A stretch of 64,000 nucleotides of DNA from Fidelibacterota bacterium. Its GTDB lineage: Bacteria > Fidelibacterota > UBA2242 > B5-G15. Location of the stretch: assembly GCA_017656425.1 (NCBI GenBank), contig JACDNV010000003.1:164212-228211 (forward strand), in the 5' to 3' direction. Shown piece after piece: positions 31,782 through 44,258 of the stretch. The notes under the pieces were generated by a model, which had not been told where the DNA came from, did not search any database, and was given only the letters and a program-made list of their open reading frames with translations. Every line of letters begins with the position of its first letter. The stretch's first letter is position 1. The position numbers and the translations under genes were made by a program.

Positions 31782-32558
31782 ATGAAAAAAATTATATCAT
31801 TGGCAAATCAAAAAGGGGGCGTGGGTAAAACCACTTCGGCTATTAATATTGGTGCTTGTCTTGGAGTATCGGAGATAAAAACATTGATTGTCGATATAGA
31901 CCCTCAGTCTAACGCAACTCTCGGTTTCGGAATCGACCACAAAAACCTTGTAAATAGTATTTACGAAATACTGATAGGAAAAGCAGACGTACGAGACACA
32001 ATACAAAAAACTGAAATCCCTTATGTGGACATTTTACCGTCCGCTACAAGGCTTGTAGGAGCGGAAGTAGAACTTATAGATTTACCAGAAAGAGAATCAA
32101 TTCTGAAAAAACATTTAGAAAAAATTAAAGATGATTATCAATATATTATTATTGACTGTCCCCCAAGCCTGGGACTTTTGACAGTAAATGCACTTACGGC
32201 ATCAGACACGGTCATAATTCCAATCCAGTGTGAATACTTTGCGATGGAAGGTCTGGGACAACTTTTAAACACCATTAGGCTGGTTCAAAAAAGTTTAAAT
32301 AGGAATTTACAGATTGAAGGGGTATTACTTACCATGTTTGATACACGATTGAAACTGTCTCAGGAAGTAGCAGAACAGGTTAAAAGCCACTTTGGAGAAA
32401 AAGTTTATAAAACTATAATAAGACGAAACGTTCGCCTAGGCGAGGCACCAAGCTTTGGGAAACCAATTATACTTTATGATGCAAATTCTGCTGGGGCACA
32501 GGATTATCTATCATTAATAGGTGAAATACTGGAGAGAAATGGCGAAAAGATTAGGTAA
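31782..32558 (+). CDS. parA: Chromosome partitioning ATPase ParA/Soj.
   Basis: Deviant Walker A KGGVGKTT. The ORF track starts at a TTG (31767). The ATG at 31782 gives the canonical MKKIISLANQKGGVGKTT start. Confidence 0.85.
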   Translation: MKKIISLANQKGGVGKTTSAINIGACLGVSEIKTLIVDIDPQSNATLGFGIDHKNLVNSIYEILIGKADVRDTIQKTEIPYVDILPSATRLVGAEVELIDLPERESILKKHLEKIKDDYQYIIIDCPPSLGLLTVNALTASDTVIIPIQCEYFAMEGLGQLLNTIRLVQKSLNRNLQIEGVLLTMFDTRLKLSQEVAEQVKSHFGEKVYKTIIRRNVRLGEAPSFGKPIILYDANSAGAQDYLSLIGEILERNGEKIR

Positions 32559-33396
32559 GGGATTAGACGCTATAATTCCTGACTTATCAAAAGATATTGA
32601 ATCTGAATATAGAATCGCTGAGATAGAAATCGATAATATCAGAGTGAATCCACTACAGCCAAGGAAAGAATTTAATGATGAAAGAATGGAAGAATTAAGG
32701 AAATCTGTAAAAGAAAAAGGTATTATTCAGCCTATAACGGTGCGAGCTATTGGTGATAGTTATGAACTTATAGCGGGAGAAAGAAGGTTAAGGGCTGCCC
32801 GCGATGTAGGGCTAAAAACTATCCCGGCTTATATCATTCCTGTTGACACTGACGTGGAATTGGTGGAACTTGCTCTGATAGAAAATCTACAGAGAGAGGA
32901 TTTAAATCCCATAGAAGAGGCAAATGCTTATCACGTACTTGCTAATGCTTTTAATCTTTCCCATGAGGAAATAGCCCGCAGAGTGGGCAAAGATAGATCA
33001 ACAATTACAAATTCATTGAGACTACTTAATCTGCCAGAGCAGATAAAGAATGACCTCAAAAATGGTGTCTTGACTCAAGGGCATGCCAGAGCAATTCTTT
33101 CAATTAAGGATGAAAAAACTCAGATCAAGATCTGGGAAAGAATAAAAAAAGCAAACTTAAGCGTAAGAAAAGTCGAAGGTATTGTCAGAAAATATGAAAA
33201 AAAGGAACAGTTAAAAAGAGAACAAAAGGAGGAATTATCACCTTTTGTAAAAGATATTGAGCAAAAATTAAGGCACTTTTTTGGAACTAAAGTAAAAATA
33301 AATGGTAATGAAAGTAAAGGTAAGATTGAAATTGAGTATTATTCATCCGAAGATCTCAATAGAGTCCTGGAATTGATTGAAAATAAAGGGGAATGA
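32539..33396 (+). CDS. parB: Chromosome partitioning protein ParB/Spo0J.
   Basis: MAKRLGKGLDAIIP N-terminus and ParB box GERRLRAA. The ORF track begins at a GTG (32521). The ATG at 32539 has a GGAGAG SD. Confidence 0.85.
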   Translation: MAKRLGKGLDAIIPDLSKDIESEYRIAEIEIDNIRVNPLQPRKEFNDERMEELRKSVKEKGIIQPITVRAIGDSYELIAGERRLRAARDVGLKTIPAYIIPVDTDVELVELALIENLQREDLNPIEEANAYHVLANAFNLSHEEIARRVGKDRSTITNSLRLLNLPEQIKNDLKNGVLTQGHARAILSIKDEKTQIKIWERIKKANLSVRKVEGIVRKYEKKEQLKREQKEELSPFVKDIEQKLRHFFGTKVKINGNESKGKIEIEYYSSEDLNRVLELIENKGE

Positions 33397-34217
33397 GCTT
33401 GACAAAAGGTTATTACATATTTCAGTTAATAACAAGTGAAAAGAAAAAACCATTTTCGATAAAGGTAAGTACAAACTTTTTAAAAATTTTTATAATCATA
33501 ATACTCACCTTAATCGTTACCATTGGGATTTTTACCTATATCTATTTACCTAAGGCAATAAACTATGATAAACTGATGGGAGAAAACGAAAAATTGATAA
33601 AGGATAGGTTAAAAATAATCAAAATATTATCGGATTATAATAGAATAAAACAGATAGATCATTATATAAGATCAGTATTGGGAGCTGACCTTGCTCTATC
33701 AGGACCTGATACCTCATACATGTCTGAAACCGATGAAAACTTTGATGCAAAACTTCTAGAAAATAAATCTCTTGAGATAAGTTTCCTTGATAACATGCCA
33801 ATAACACCACCAGTTGACGGAGGATATATCACACAGGGTTTTGTTACTGATAACCTTTTTGAAGAAGATAATCACTATGGCATTGACATAGCAGCACCAG
33901 AAGGAGCTCCGGTAAAAGCAGCCGCATCAGGCATTGTTATTTTTTCGAACTGGTCATATCACTATGGTAACATGATAATCATTTATCATCAGGGCGGATA
34001 CTTTTCAATATATGGACACAACTCAAGAAATATTGCAAGAGAGCATCAGATGGTTGAAAGAGGTGAGGTAATAGCATTTGTGGGAAACACTGGAGAGAGC
34101 GAGGGACCGCATCTTCACTTTGAAATATGGAAAGATGGTATGCCAATAGACCCCCAAAAAATTATATATGCCTACAAGGATAAAAATATATCATTTAGCA
34201 GTATGGAGGTTAAGTGA
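33393..34217 (+). CDS. M23 family metallopeptidase (LytM-like) with an N-terminal TM anchor.
   Basis: HYGIDIAAPEGAPV ... GNTGESEGPHLHFEIW are the zinc-ligand motifs of M23. Confidence 0.75.
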   Translation: MSLTKGYYIFQLITSEKKKPFSIKVSTNFLKIFIIIILTLIVTIGIFTYIYLPKAINYDKLMGENEKLIKDRLKIIKILSDYNRIKQIDHYIRSVLGADLALSGPDTSYMSETDENFDAKLLENKSLEISFLDNMPITPPVDGGYITQGFVTDNLFEEDNHYGIDIAAPEGAPVKAAASGIVIFSNWSYHYGNMIIIYHQGGYFSIYGHNSRNIAREHQMVERGEVIAFVGNTGESEGPHLHFEIWKDGMPIDPQKIIYAYKDKNISFSSMEVK

Positions 34218-34597
34218 TTAAGGGAAAAGAAGCTGCTGTAAACACAATAATAGGCGAAGGTGCAACCATAGAGGGTGATATTAGACTTGACGGTAATATT
34301 CTTGTCTATGGCAATATAATAGGGAATATAGAAACCAAAGGTACAATTACTATAGCAGCTGGAGCAGATATAAAAGGAAAACTTATTGGGAATGACATTT
34401 TGATAAGTGGTAATGTTGAAGGAAATATTTACGCAGTTGGTAGGGTTGCACTAAGTAACAAAGCTAATCTTAAGGGAGATGTGACAGCAAAAACAATTTC
34501 TATCGAAGAGGGCGCAAAATTTGAAGGTAGATGTGACATGAAAGGTTATAAACCTTCAAAGGAAAGTGAAAAAATTGATAAAAAAACATCTCTCTAA
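34214..34597 (+). CDS. Bactofilin.
   Basis: 127 aa beta-helical repeat (IEGDIRLDGNILVYGNIIGNIETKGTITIA...). GTG start with a GGAGG SD. Confidence 0.7.
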   Translation: MIKGKEAAVNTIIGEGATIEGDIRLDGNILVYGNIIGNIETKGTITIAAGADIKGKLIGNDILISGNVEGNIYAVGRVALSNKANLKGDVTAKTISIEEGAKFEGRCDMKGYKPSKESEKIDKKTSL

Positions 34598-34814
34598 GGA
34601 AAATATAAATTTCATTGGATATCTGGGCATAGGATTAAATATAGCAATAACAATCTTCATATTCGTAATGATAGGATATTTTGTTGATAAAAAGTTCAAT
34701 ACTTTACCTCAGGGCACTATTCTTGGAGGACTTGCTGGATTTATTTTTGGAATGAGAACTCTTTTTTTAACAGTAAAAAAGGTCTCTTCCAAGAAGGAAG
34801 ATAAAAAAAATTGA
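34566..34814 (+). CDS. AtpZ/AtpI-like small membrane protein preceding the ATP synthase operon.
   Basis: 82 aa with two TM helices and a basic N-terminus, resembling the 'F0F1-ATPase subunit, putative' family. GTG start that overlaps the bactofilin 3' end by 32 nt. Confidence 0.45.
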   Translation: MKKLIKKHLSKENINFIGYLGIGLNIAITIFIFVMIGYFVDKKFNTLPQGTILGGLAGFIFGMRTLFLTVKKVSSKKEDKKN

Positions 34815-35158
34815 TTTTTGTTGTTAAGTATATATTTGTTATCTATCTGCTAAATTTTATATATTGCCTTATCCACGAAATAGAACATATTGGCGAGCTT
34901 GTACTAATAAAATTGGTTATAACACCCTTATTTATGCCTACTTTTTATGTTATTTACAAAAATAGAGATAGAAACTTAATATTTTATATTTTTAAGTACA
35001 TCAGTTTTATTATAATTAGGCTGATTATTATCTCAATTTTTATAATATTGATATTTAAATATGGTAGCTTTAACTTCAATGCCATCTTAGGTGGTTCTTT
35101 GTCACTATATATTTATCTATTGGGAATAGAAGTTTTTACACTTTTAAAAGAACATTGA
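34811..35158 (+). CDS. Hypothetical small membrane protein. AtpI-like by position only.
   Basis: 115 aa, very hydrophobic, with a TTG start. Located between the atpZ-like gene and atpB. Confidence 0.25.
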   Translation: MIFVVKYIFVIYLLNFIYCLIHEIEHIGELVLIKLVITPLFMPTFYVIYKNRDRNLIFYIFKYISFIIIRLIIISIFIILIFKYGSFNFNAILGGSLSLYIYLLGIEVFTLLKEH

Positions 35159-35165
35159 TTAAAGT

Positions 35166-35960
35166 ATGGAAAAATCAGGTAGCTTCATATTAGAATATTT
35201 AAAAGACACAAAATACTATGAATTATTTGGTCACAAGATACAGCTACCACAATTACCACCAATTAACATCCTAGGCATCAGTATTGATTTATCTATAACC
35301 AGAAACGTTGTTTTGCTATTCATTTCGTCACTTATAATATTCCTATCATTTTATTTTTCATTCAGGAAAGAAAAATTGATACCTAACAGATTCGCTCTTT
35401 TACTTGAATATATCATAATATTTATCAGGGATAACATTGTATATCCAACGCTCGGACGAAAGTTAGGAGATAAATATTTTCCTTTTATAGCAACACTATT
35501 TTTGTTTATAATAATTTCAAACCTCATGGGGCTTGTACCTTTTATGGCAAGTCCTACATCAAACCTGAGTGTCACAGCTGGGTTATCTCTTGTAGTCTTT
35601 TTTGTAATATTATATGAGGGAATAAAAACACACGGTTTATTTGGCTATTTTAAGAGTCTGATACCAGGAGGTATACCTTTCTGGCTAATACCTGTCATGC
35701 TCCCCATGGAGATAATAGGGTTACTAATCAGAGTAACTGTTCTTGCAATAAGGTTGTTTGCAAATATGCTTTCTGGACACATAAATATAATTATACTGTT
35801 TTTTCTGGTAATTTTAACAAAATCATTACTCATAAGTCCATTAGCACTTGGTATTGCAATATTTGTTTCTCTTATTGAATTACTAGTAGCTTTTATTCAA
35901 GCTTATATTTTTTCAATATTAAGCGTAATGTTTATAAGTATGAGTATAAAGTCGCATTAA
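35166..35960 (+). CDS. atpB: F0F1 ATP synthase subunit a.
   Basis: 264 aa polytopic protein. The R-containing helix LAIRLFANMLSGH is typical of subunit a. Confidence 0.85.
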   Translation: MEKSGSFILEYLKDTKYYELFGHKIQLPQLPPINILGISIDLSITRNVVLLFISSLIIFLSFYFSFRKEKLIPNRFALLLEYIIIFIRDNIVYPTLGRKLGDKYFPFIATLFLFIIISNLMGLVPFMASPTSNLSVTAGLSLVVFFVILYEGIKTHGLFGYFKSLIPGGIPFWLIPVMLPMEIIGLLIRVTVLAIRLFANMLSGHINIIILFFLVILTKSLLISPLALGIAIFVSLIELLVAFIQAYIFSILSVMFISMSIKSH

Positions 35961-36200
<240 letters not shown>

Positions 36201-36214
36201 ATAGCTGGTAAAAA

Positions 36215-36706
36215 ATGCTTGAAATTGAGCCTGGATTAACTATCTGGACAATTGTAATATTCATAATACTTCTTTTCCTTCTGAAAAAATATGCATACAA
36301 ACCTATCAACAATCTTATAAAAAAACAGGAAAACACTATTCGTGGAGCAATTGAACGTGCCACACAACTAAGAATGGAAGCAGAGGAAAATAAAAAACAA
36401 TCAGAGAAATTATTAGATCAGGCAAGGATAGAATCCAGAAAAATTATTGATGATGCATTAGAAAAAGCTGAAAAGATAAAAGAGGGAATTATCGATGAGG
36501 CAAGAAAATCTGCAACTCAACTTCTTGAAAAAGCAAAACAGGAAATAGATAGAGAAAAGGCAAAAGCGAAAAAGGATCTCGAAAGAATACTCGTTGACAT
36601 TGCCGCTGATTTTACAGAAAAAATATTAAAAAGAAAGGTAACTATTGACGATCAAAGAAAGCTCATTGAAGAATCTTTGAAAAATATTGGGGATAGACTA
36701 TCTTGA
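36215..36706 (+). CDS. atpF: F0F1 ATP synthase subunit b.
   Basis: 163 aa with a single N-terminal TM and a long charged helix. Confidence 0.75.
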   Translation: MLEIEPGLTIWTIVIFIILLFLLKKYAYKPINNLIKKQENTIRGAIERATQLRMEAEENKKQSEKLLDQARIESRKIIDDALEKAEKIKEGIIDEARKSATQLLEKAKQEIDREKAKAKKDLERILVDIAADFTEKILKRKVTIDDQRKLIEESLKNIGDRLS

Positions 36707-37236
36707 AAAATAGAAAAATAAAAGCAATTGCATCTGCCTTGTATGAAACTTCGACGAAAGAAGGATTTCAACCAGAATTATTCGAATTTTTAAAACTACT
36801 TTACAAATTCTTAAAAGATACTTCCAGTAAACGACCCTTGAAAATAAATACTTCATTTAATTTTATTAATGAAATAGGAGAGTATTACAGGAGCGAAATA
36901 AGAACAATCACCAATTTTCTTTTTGAAGAATACAAATTTTTAAAAATCCCCAAAAATCTGAATAAGCTAATTAACACTCTTGAAGATATCCATCTTATAG
37001 AAACAGGCACAGAAATGGTAAATGTTGAAACCCCCAACGTCCTGGATGAGGATGAAAAAATTAAAATTGAAAACAAATTGAAAGAGACGCTAAATAAAAA
37101 AGTCATCTGTAACTATAAGATAAACCCCGAGCTAATTGGTGGGATTAGAATCCAGATAAAAGATAAACTATTAGACTGTTCTATAAAGGGCAGAATAGAA
37201 AGAATAAAAAGGGCTATCCTTGAGGAGAAATCATAA
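36703..37236 (+). CDS. atpH: F0F1 ATP synthase subunit delta.
   Basis: 177 aa. Position between atpF and atpA, with an OSCP-like C-terminus (IGGIRIQI). TTG start. Confidence 0.6.
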   Translation: MKNRKIKAIASALYETSTKEGFQPELFEFLKLLYKFLKDTSSKRPLKINTSFNFINEIGEYYRSEIRTITNFLFEEYKFLKIPKNLNKLINTLEDIHLIETGTEMVNVETPNVLDEDEKIKIENKLKETLNKKVICNYKINPELIGGIRIQIKDKLLDCSIKGRIERIKRAILEEKS

Positions 37237-38763
37237 ATGAGGAATAGTGATGAACTTGTAGCCACTATAAGGAAAAAGCTTGAAAATCTACTTGAAGAGG
37301 AGAAAGTTGAGGAAGTCGGAGAGGTTATTCAAGTTGCCGACGGAATGGCTACCATTTACGGATTATCAGGAGTAATGGCAAGTGAAATGATAGAATTCGA
37401 AAGTGGTCAAATAGGAATGGTAATGAATCTTGATGAAGATACAGTGAGTGCAATCATTCTTGGCGACATTGAAGGTGTAAAAGAAGGAGAGAAAGTTAGA
37501 CGAACATATAACACAATGCAAATTGGTGTGGGTAAGGAAATCCTTGGACGGGTTATAAATCCTATTGGAATACCGCTGGATGATAAAGGTAAAATAGATT
37601 TCAAAGAATTTTATCCAATCGAAAGAACTGCACCTGGAGTAGTGGATAGACAACCAGTAAAAGAGGCGCTTCAGACTGGTATCAAAGCCATCGATTCTAT
37701 GATACCAATTGGCAGGGGACAGAGAGAATTAATAATTGGTGATAGACAATTAGGAAAGACAGCAATAACAATTGACACAATCATCAATCAAAAATATACA
37801 CATAAAACGGACTCACCAGTCTATTGTATATATGTCGCTATTGGACAAAAAGTAAGCACTGTTGCAAGAGTTATAGATACTTTAAAAAATTACGGTGCTA
37901 TGGACTATACCGTTGTGGTTGCGGCAAATGCAAGCGACCCAGCCGCATTACAGTATATTGCACCTTACGCTGGATGTTCTATCGGTGAATGGTTTCGTGA
38001 CAATGGAATGCATGCACTAATCATTTACGATGACCTGACAAAACACGCCTGGGCATACAGACAGTTATCCCTTCTTTTAAGAAGACCACCCGGAAGAGAA
38101 GCTTATCCAGGAGACATATTTTATCTCCACTCAAGACTCCTTGAAAGAGCAGCTAAATTAAGTGATGAGCTTGGCGGTGGCAGCCTTACAGCTCTTCCGA
38201 TTGTAGAAACCCAAGCAGGTGATATATCTGCATATATTCCAACAAATATTATCTCAATTACCGATGGGCAAATATACCTGGAAGGCAATCTTTTCTACTC
38301 AGGTATAAGACCTGCAATAAATCCTGGAATCAGTGTTTCCCGTGTCGGGGGGAATGCCCAGATAGAAGCTATGAAACAGGTAGCTGGCTCACTTAGATTA
38401 GACCTTGCTCAATATAGAGAGCTTGAAACATTCTCAAAATTTGGTTCCGAACTTGACGCAAGCGCAAGAAACTTACTTATCCGTGGTGAAACTCTTACAG
38501 AATTACTTAAGCAGGATCAATACGAACCAATGCCAGTTGAGGAACAAATCTTGATTCTTTTTGCTGGAGTAAATGGTTTTTTTGATGATATAGATATAGA
38601 TGAAGTAAGGAAATTTGAAAAGGAATTAATCAATTTTATAAAAATTAATAAGCCCGATATAATAAAGGAAATTAATGAGAAAAAGGTAATTTCAAAGCAG
38701 TTAGAGGAAAAGCTTAGAGAGTCAATTAAAAAGTTTAAACTTCAATTACTGAAGAACAAGTGA
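37237..38763 (+). CDS. atpA: F0F1 ATP synthase subunit alpha.
   Basis: 508 aa with Walker A GDRQLGKT. Confidence 0.95.
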   Translation: MRNSDELVATIRKKLENLLEEEKVEEVGEVIQVADGMATIYGLSGVMASEMIEFESGQIGMVMNLDEDTVSAIILGDIEGVKEGEKVRRTYNTMQIGVGKEILGRVINPIGIPLDDKGKIDFKEFYPIERTAPGVVDRQPVKEALQTGIKAIDSMIPIGRGQRELIIGDRQLGKTAITIDTIINQKYTHKTDSPVYCIYVAIGQKVSTVARVIDTLKNYGAMDYTVVVAANASDPAALQYIAPYAGCSIGEWFRDNGMHALIIYDDLTKHAWAYRQLSLLLRRPPGREAYPGDIFYLHSRLLERAAKLSDELGGGSLTALPIVETQAGDISAYIPTNIISITDGQIYLEGNLFYSGIRPAINPGISVSRVGGNAQIEAMKQVAGSLRLDLAQYRELETFSKFGSELDASARNLLIRGETLTELLKQDQYEPMPVEEQILILFAGVNGFFDDIDIDEVRKFEKELINFIKINKPDIIKEINEKKVISKQLEEKLRESIKKFKLQLLKNK

Positions 38764-38775
38764 TATTGAGATAAT

Positions 38776-39636
38776 ATGTCGTTAACGCTAAGAAAAATAA
38801 AATCAAAAATTAGAAGTGTCGGGGATATCCAGAACATAATCGACAGCATGCATACCATTTCAACAATAAAAATAAAAAAAGCTCATGATGCCTTATTTAA
38901 AGCAAGAGAATATTCAGAAAATATATCTATTCTTTTTAATGACCTATTACCATCTATTGACCGCTCTATTCATCCTCTTCTTACTGAAAGAGAACCTGTA
39001 AACAAATTATATATAATTATAACCTCTGATCATGGATTATGCGGTTCATTCAATTCAAATATTATTTCAACAGCTGAAAAAGAATTCTCATATCTTGATA
39101 AAGATGAACTTTTCCTTATATGTGTGGGAAAGAAAGGGCAGGAATATTTTACTGCCAAAGGTTACAACGTAATTGGTGAATACATCAGATTTTTTGATGA
39201 GCTTGGATACCAGCACGCTATGGAAGTAGCAAAAGTTGTAATGGACTTATTTATGCTGTTTGAGATTGATAGAGCGACAATTATTTATAATGAATACAAA
39301 AGCATGATAAGGCAAAGTGTTGTAATTCAACAATATCTACCATTAGTAAGAAGACCTGCTTCTAAAAAATTATCTGGTAGCATGTTACTAATACCATCGG
39401 CAGAGGACATAGTAAGAAATTTGATTCCTCAATATCTGAACATACAAATGTGGGAATGTTTATTGGAATCATATGCAGCAGAGCAAGCCGCCAGAATGAT
39501 GGCAATGGAATCATCAAGCCAAAATGCAAAGCAGATGCTGAATGAGTTGAATTTGGAATACAACAAAACAAGACAGAATGAGATAACATCAGAGTTGATA
39601 GATGTTGTTGGAGGTATTAAATCGGCTATTCATTAA
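38776..39636 (+). CDS. atpG: F0F1 ATP synthase subunit gamma.
   Basis: 286 aa. Conserved C-terminus ...ITSELIDVVGG... and operon position. Confidence 0.85.
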   Translation: MSLTLRKIKSKIRSVGDIQNIIDSMHTISTIKIKKAHDALFKAREYSENISILFNDLLPSIDRSIHPLLTEREPVNKLYIIITSDHGLCGSFNSNIISTAEKEFSYLDKDELFLICVGKKGQEYFTAKGYNVIGEYIRFFDELGYQHAMEVAKVVMDLFMLFEIDRATIIYNEYKSMIRQSVVIQQYLPLVRRPASKKLSGSMLLIPSAEDIVRNLIPQYLNIQMWECLLESYAAEQAARMMAMESSSQNAKQMLNELNLEYNKTRQNEITSELIDVVGGIKSAIH

Positions 39637-39644
39637 AAACGTAG

Positions 39645-41451
<1,807 letters not shown>

Positions 41452-41467
41452 TACGGAGGTTGCAATA

Positions 41468-43234
41468 ATGATAAAAAGGACACACACATGTGGTGAGCTT
41501 AGAATAACTGATGCTGGAAAAGAGGTAGCTTTATGCGGATGGATAAATACCAGTAGAGACCACGGTGGTCTAATTTTCATCGATCTTAGAGATAGATATG
41601 GAATTACACAGATAGTCTTTGATCAATCGACGTGTGGAGACTTTTATGAAACAGCTAAGAAACTGGGCTATGAAGACGTAATTGGAATCAAAGGTATCGT
41701 CAGGAAAAGACCAGAAGACACAATAAACCCCAATCTCGAAACAGGTGAGATAGAAGTAGTCGTAAAGGAACTCGAAGTATATAATGAGTCCAAACCATTA
41801 CCATTTATGGTAACTGATCGATCAACTGCTCTTGAGAATCTAAGGCTTAAATATAGATACCTCGACCTTAGAACTAAAGAAATGCAAAGAAATATCATTT
41901 TAAGACATAAAGCTGCTCAGAGTGTTAGGGAATATTATAATAATAATGGATTTTTAGAAATCGAAACCCCTTTCCTCATGAAAAGCACTCCTGAGGGAGC
42001 AAGAGATTTTCTTGTACCCAGTCGACTACATAGAGGGAAATTTTACGCACTACCTCAGTCACCACAGATGTTCAAACAGATTTTAATGATCGCTGGTTTT
42101 GATAAGTATTATCAGATAGTAAAATGTTTCAGGGACGAAGACCTGCGTTCTGACAGGCAGCCAGAGTTTACACAAATCGATGTAGAAATGTCATTTGTAG
42201 AAGAGACTGATGTAATAAATTCTACCGAACAAATGATAAAAAAAGTATTTAAAGATACTGTTGGTTATGAATTTACTGAAAAATTTCCTATAATCACATA
42301 CGAAGAGGCTATGAGGAGATACGGCACAGATAGCCCCGATATCAGATTTGGTCTTGAACTAAAAGAGGTAAGCAAACTATTCCTTGAAACTGATTTTAAC
42401 GTTTTTAAAAATATTATTAATGAAGAAAAAGGCTCTGTAGTAGGTTTATGTATTCCCGACTCAATGGAATTAACAAGGATGGAGATTGATAGAACAGTTG
42501 AACTTGTCAAACAATGGGGTGGTCGGGGACTTGCATGGACAAGATTCACTGAAAATGGATTTGAGGGGGGAATAGGTAAATTTATCTCCCCAATAAAAGA
42601 TTCTATTTTAAAAACTCTTAATGCAAAACAAGGGAGTATTTTACTTTTTATTGGCGATACAAAATATAAACCTTATGAATTGATGGGAATGCTTCGAGTC
42701 TATATTGCAGATAAATTAAAAATACCAAAATCGGACAAATTCAAAGCAGTATGGGTGGTTAATTTCCCATTACTTGAATGGGATGACGATGAAAAAAGAT
42801 ACAAAGCGGTTCACCATCCATTTACAGCACCAAGACCTGAAGACATCGAGCTTCTTGATACTGATCCAGAAAAAGTTAGATCAAGAGCTTATGATATTAT
42901 AATAAATGGAACTGAAATTGGTGGTGGCAGCATCAGGAATCACAGAGTTGATGTTCAGAAAAAAGTGTTCAAAGTGCTTGGAATATCCGAAGAAGAAGCA
43001 CAGGAAAAATTCGGTTTTCTATTAGAAGCACTATCTTTTGGCGCTCCTCCTCACGGTGGTATAGCACTGGGATTTGATCGACTAGTTATGCTTCTTGCAG
43101 GAGAGGATAGTCTTAGAGATATAATTGCTTTTCCAAAAACAAAAAATGGAATAAGTCCAATGGATGGTTCACCAACTGAAGTAAATGAAGAACAATTAAA
43201 AGAATTAGGAATCAAAATAGTTAGATATGAATAA
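41468..43234 (+). CDS. aspS: Aspartyl-tRNA synthetase.
   Basis: MIKRTHTCGEL N-terminus, FIDLRDRYG and class II motifs (...GGGSIR...). The ORF track starts earlier (41426), but the ATG at 41468 gives the canonical start. Confidence 0.9.
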   Translation: MIKRTHTCGELRITDAGKEVALCGWINTSRDHGGLIFIDLRDRYGITQIVFDQSTCGDFYETAKKLGYEDVIGIKGIVRKRPEDTINPNLETGEIEVVVKELEVYNESKPLPFMVTDRSTALENLRLKYRYLDLRTKEMQRNIILRHKAAQSVREYYNNNGFLEIETPFLMKSTPEGARDFLVPSRLHRGKFYALPQSPQMFKQILMIAGFDKYYQIVKCFRDEDLRSDRQPEFTQIDVEMSFVEETDVINSTEQMIKKVFKDTVGYEFTEKFPIITYEEAMRRYGTDSPDIRFGLELKEVSKLFLETDFNVFKNIINEEKGSVVGLCIPDSMELTRMEIDRTVELVKQWGGRGLAWTRFTENGFEGGIGKFISPIKDSILKTLNAKQGSILLFIGDTKYKPYELMGMLRVYIADKLKIPKSDKFKAVWVVNFPLLEWDDDEKRYKAVHHPFTAPRPEDIELLDTDPEKVRSRAYDIIINGTEIGGGSIRNHRVDVQKKVFKVLGISEEEAQEKFGFLLEALSFGAPPHGGIALGFDRLVMLLAGEDSLRDIIAFPKTKNGISPMDGSPTEVNEEQLKELGIKIVRYE

Positions 43235-43257
43235 AAAATAAAAGAGTCAATGGAAGG

Positions 43258-44244
43258 ATGAAAGATATAGAAACACAAAAAAAGATGAAAACAAAAATAA
43301 TAGAAATTAAAGGGGTTGATCCCTTCCTTGTATATGGGACAAATGATTTTTATTTAAATATAATCGAAGAAAACCTCAAGTTAAAGATATTCGCCCGAGG
43401 AAATATAATTACCTTAGAGGGTGAGGATGAATCAATCCAAAAGGCTGATAGAATCTTTGGCGAAATGTTACTGACAATAAACCAGAAGGGATATGTGAGC
43501 GAAGACGATGTGAGAACTCTCGTTCATATTGAAAAAGAAGGGCTGATCAAGGAAGAGGATATTTCACCAAGTACAGTTATACTATACACTAAAAACGGAG
43601 CTATAAAACCAAGGACAAAAAATCAGGAAGAATACTATAAATCCTCGTTAAACAATGACATCGTATTTGCAATTGGACCTGCAGGAACTGGTAAAACATA
43701 TCTTGCTGTTGCCATGGCCATTGCAGCTTTAAAGAACCATGAGGTACAGAAAATTATCCTGACCAGACCAGCTGTAGAAGCAGGAGAAAAACTTGGCTTT
43801 CTGCCTGGGGATTTAAGAGAAAAAATAGATCCATATCTTACCCCGCTATATGATGCTTTATACGATATGCTACCGCTGGAAAAAATGAAGACACTTATTG
43901 ATCAAAAAATTGTTGAAGTAATACCACTCGCATACATGCGAGGGAGGACATTGAATAATGCATACGTTATTCTTGATGAAGCTCAGAATACTACAAGTAT
44001 GCAAATGAAGATGTTTCTAACCAGGCTTGGAGCAAGTTCAAAAGCAATTGTGACAGGAGATGTAACGCAAATCGATCTGCCTGATAAAACCACTTCCGGT
44101 TTAATTGAAGCAGAAAGTATTTTAAAAGGTATTGAAGGAATCGGATTTGTTTATTTTGATGAAAGTGATGTTATAAGGCATAAGCTTGTAACAAGAATAA
44201 TAAAAGCTTACGATAAGAAGAATGATAAAAAGAACGCTAAATAA
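43258..44244 (+). CDS. phoH: PhoH-like ATPase.
   Basis: Walker A GPAGTGKTYLAVAMA. Conserved PhoH C-terminal region. Confidence 0.85.
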   Translation: MKDIETQKKMKTKIIEIKGVDPFLVYGTNDFYLNIIEENLKLKIFARGNIITLEGEDESIQKADRIFGEMLLTINQKGYVSEDDVRTLVHIEKEGLIKEEDISPSTVILYTKNGAIKPRTKNQEEYYKSSLNNDIVFAIGPAGTGKTYLAVAMAIAALKNHEVQKIILTRPAVEAGEKLGFLPGDLREKIDPYLTPLYDALYDMLPLEKMKTLIDQKIVEVIPLAYMRGRTLNNAYVILDEAQNTTSMQMKMFLTRLGASSKAIVTGDVTQIDLPDKTTSGLIEAESILKGIEGIGFVYFDESDVIRHKLVTRIIKAYDKKNDKKNAK

Positions 44245-44258
44245 CAAGAAAAGTAAAT

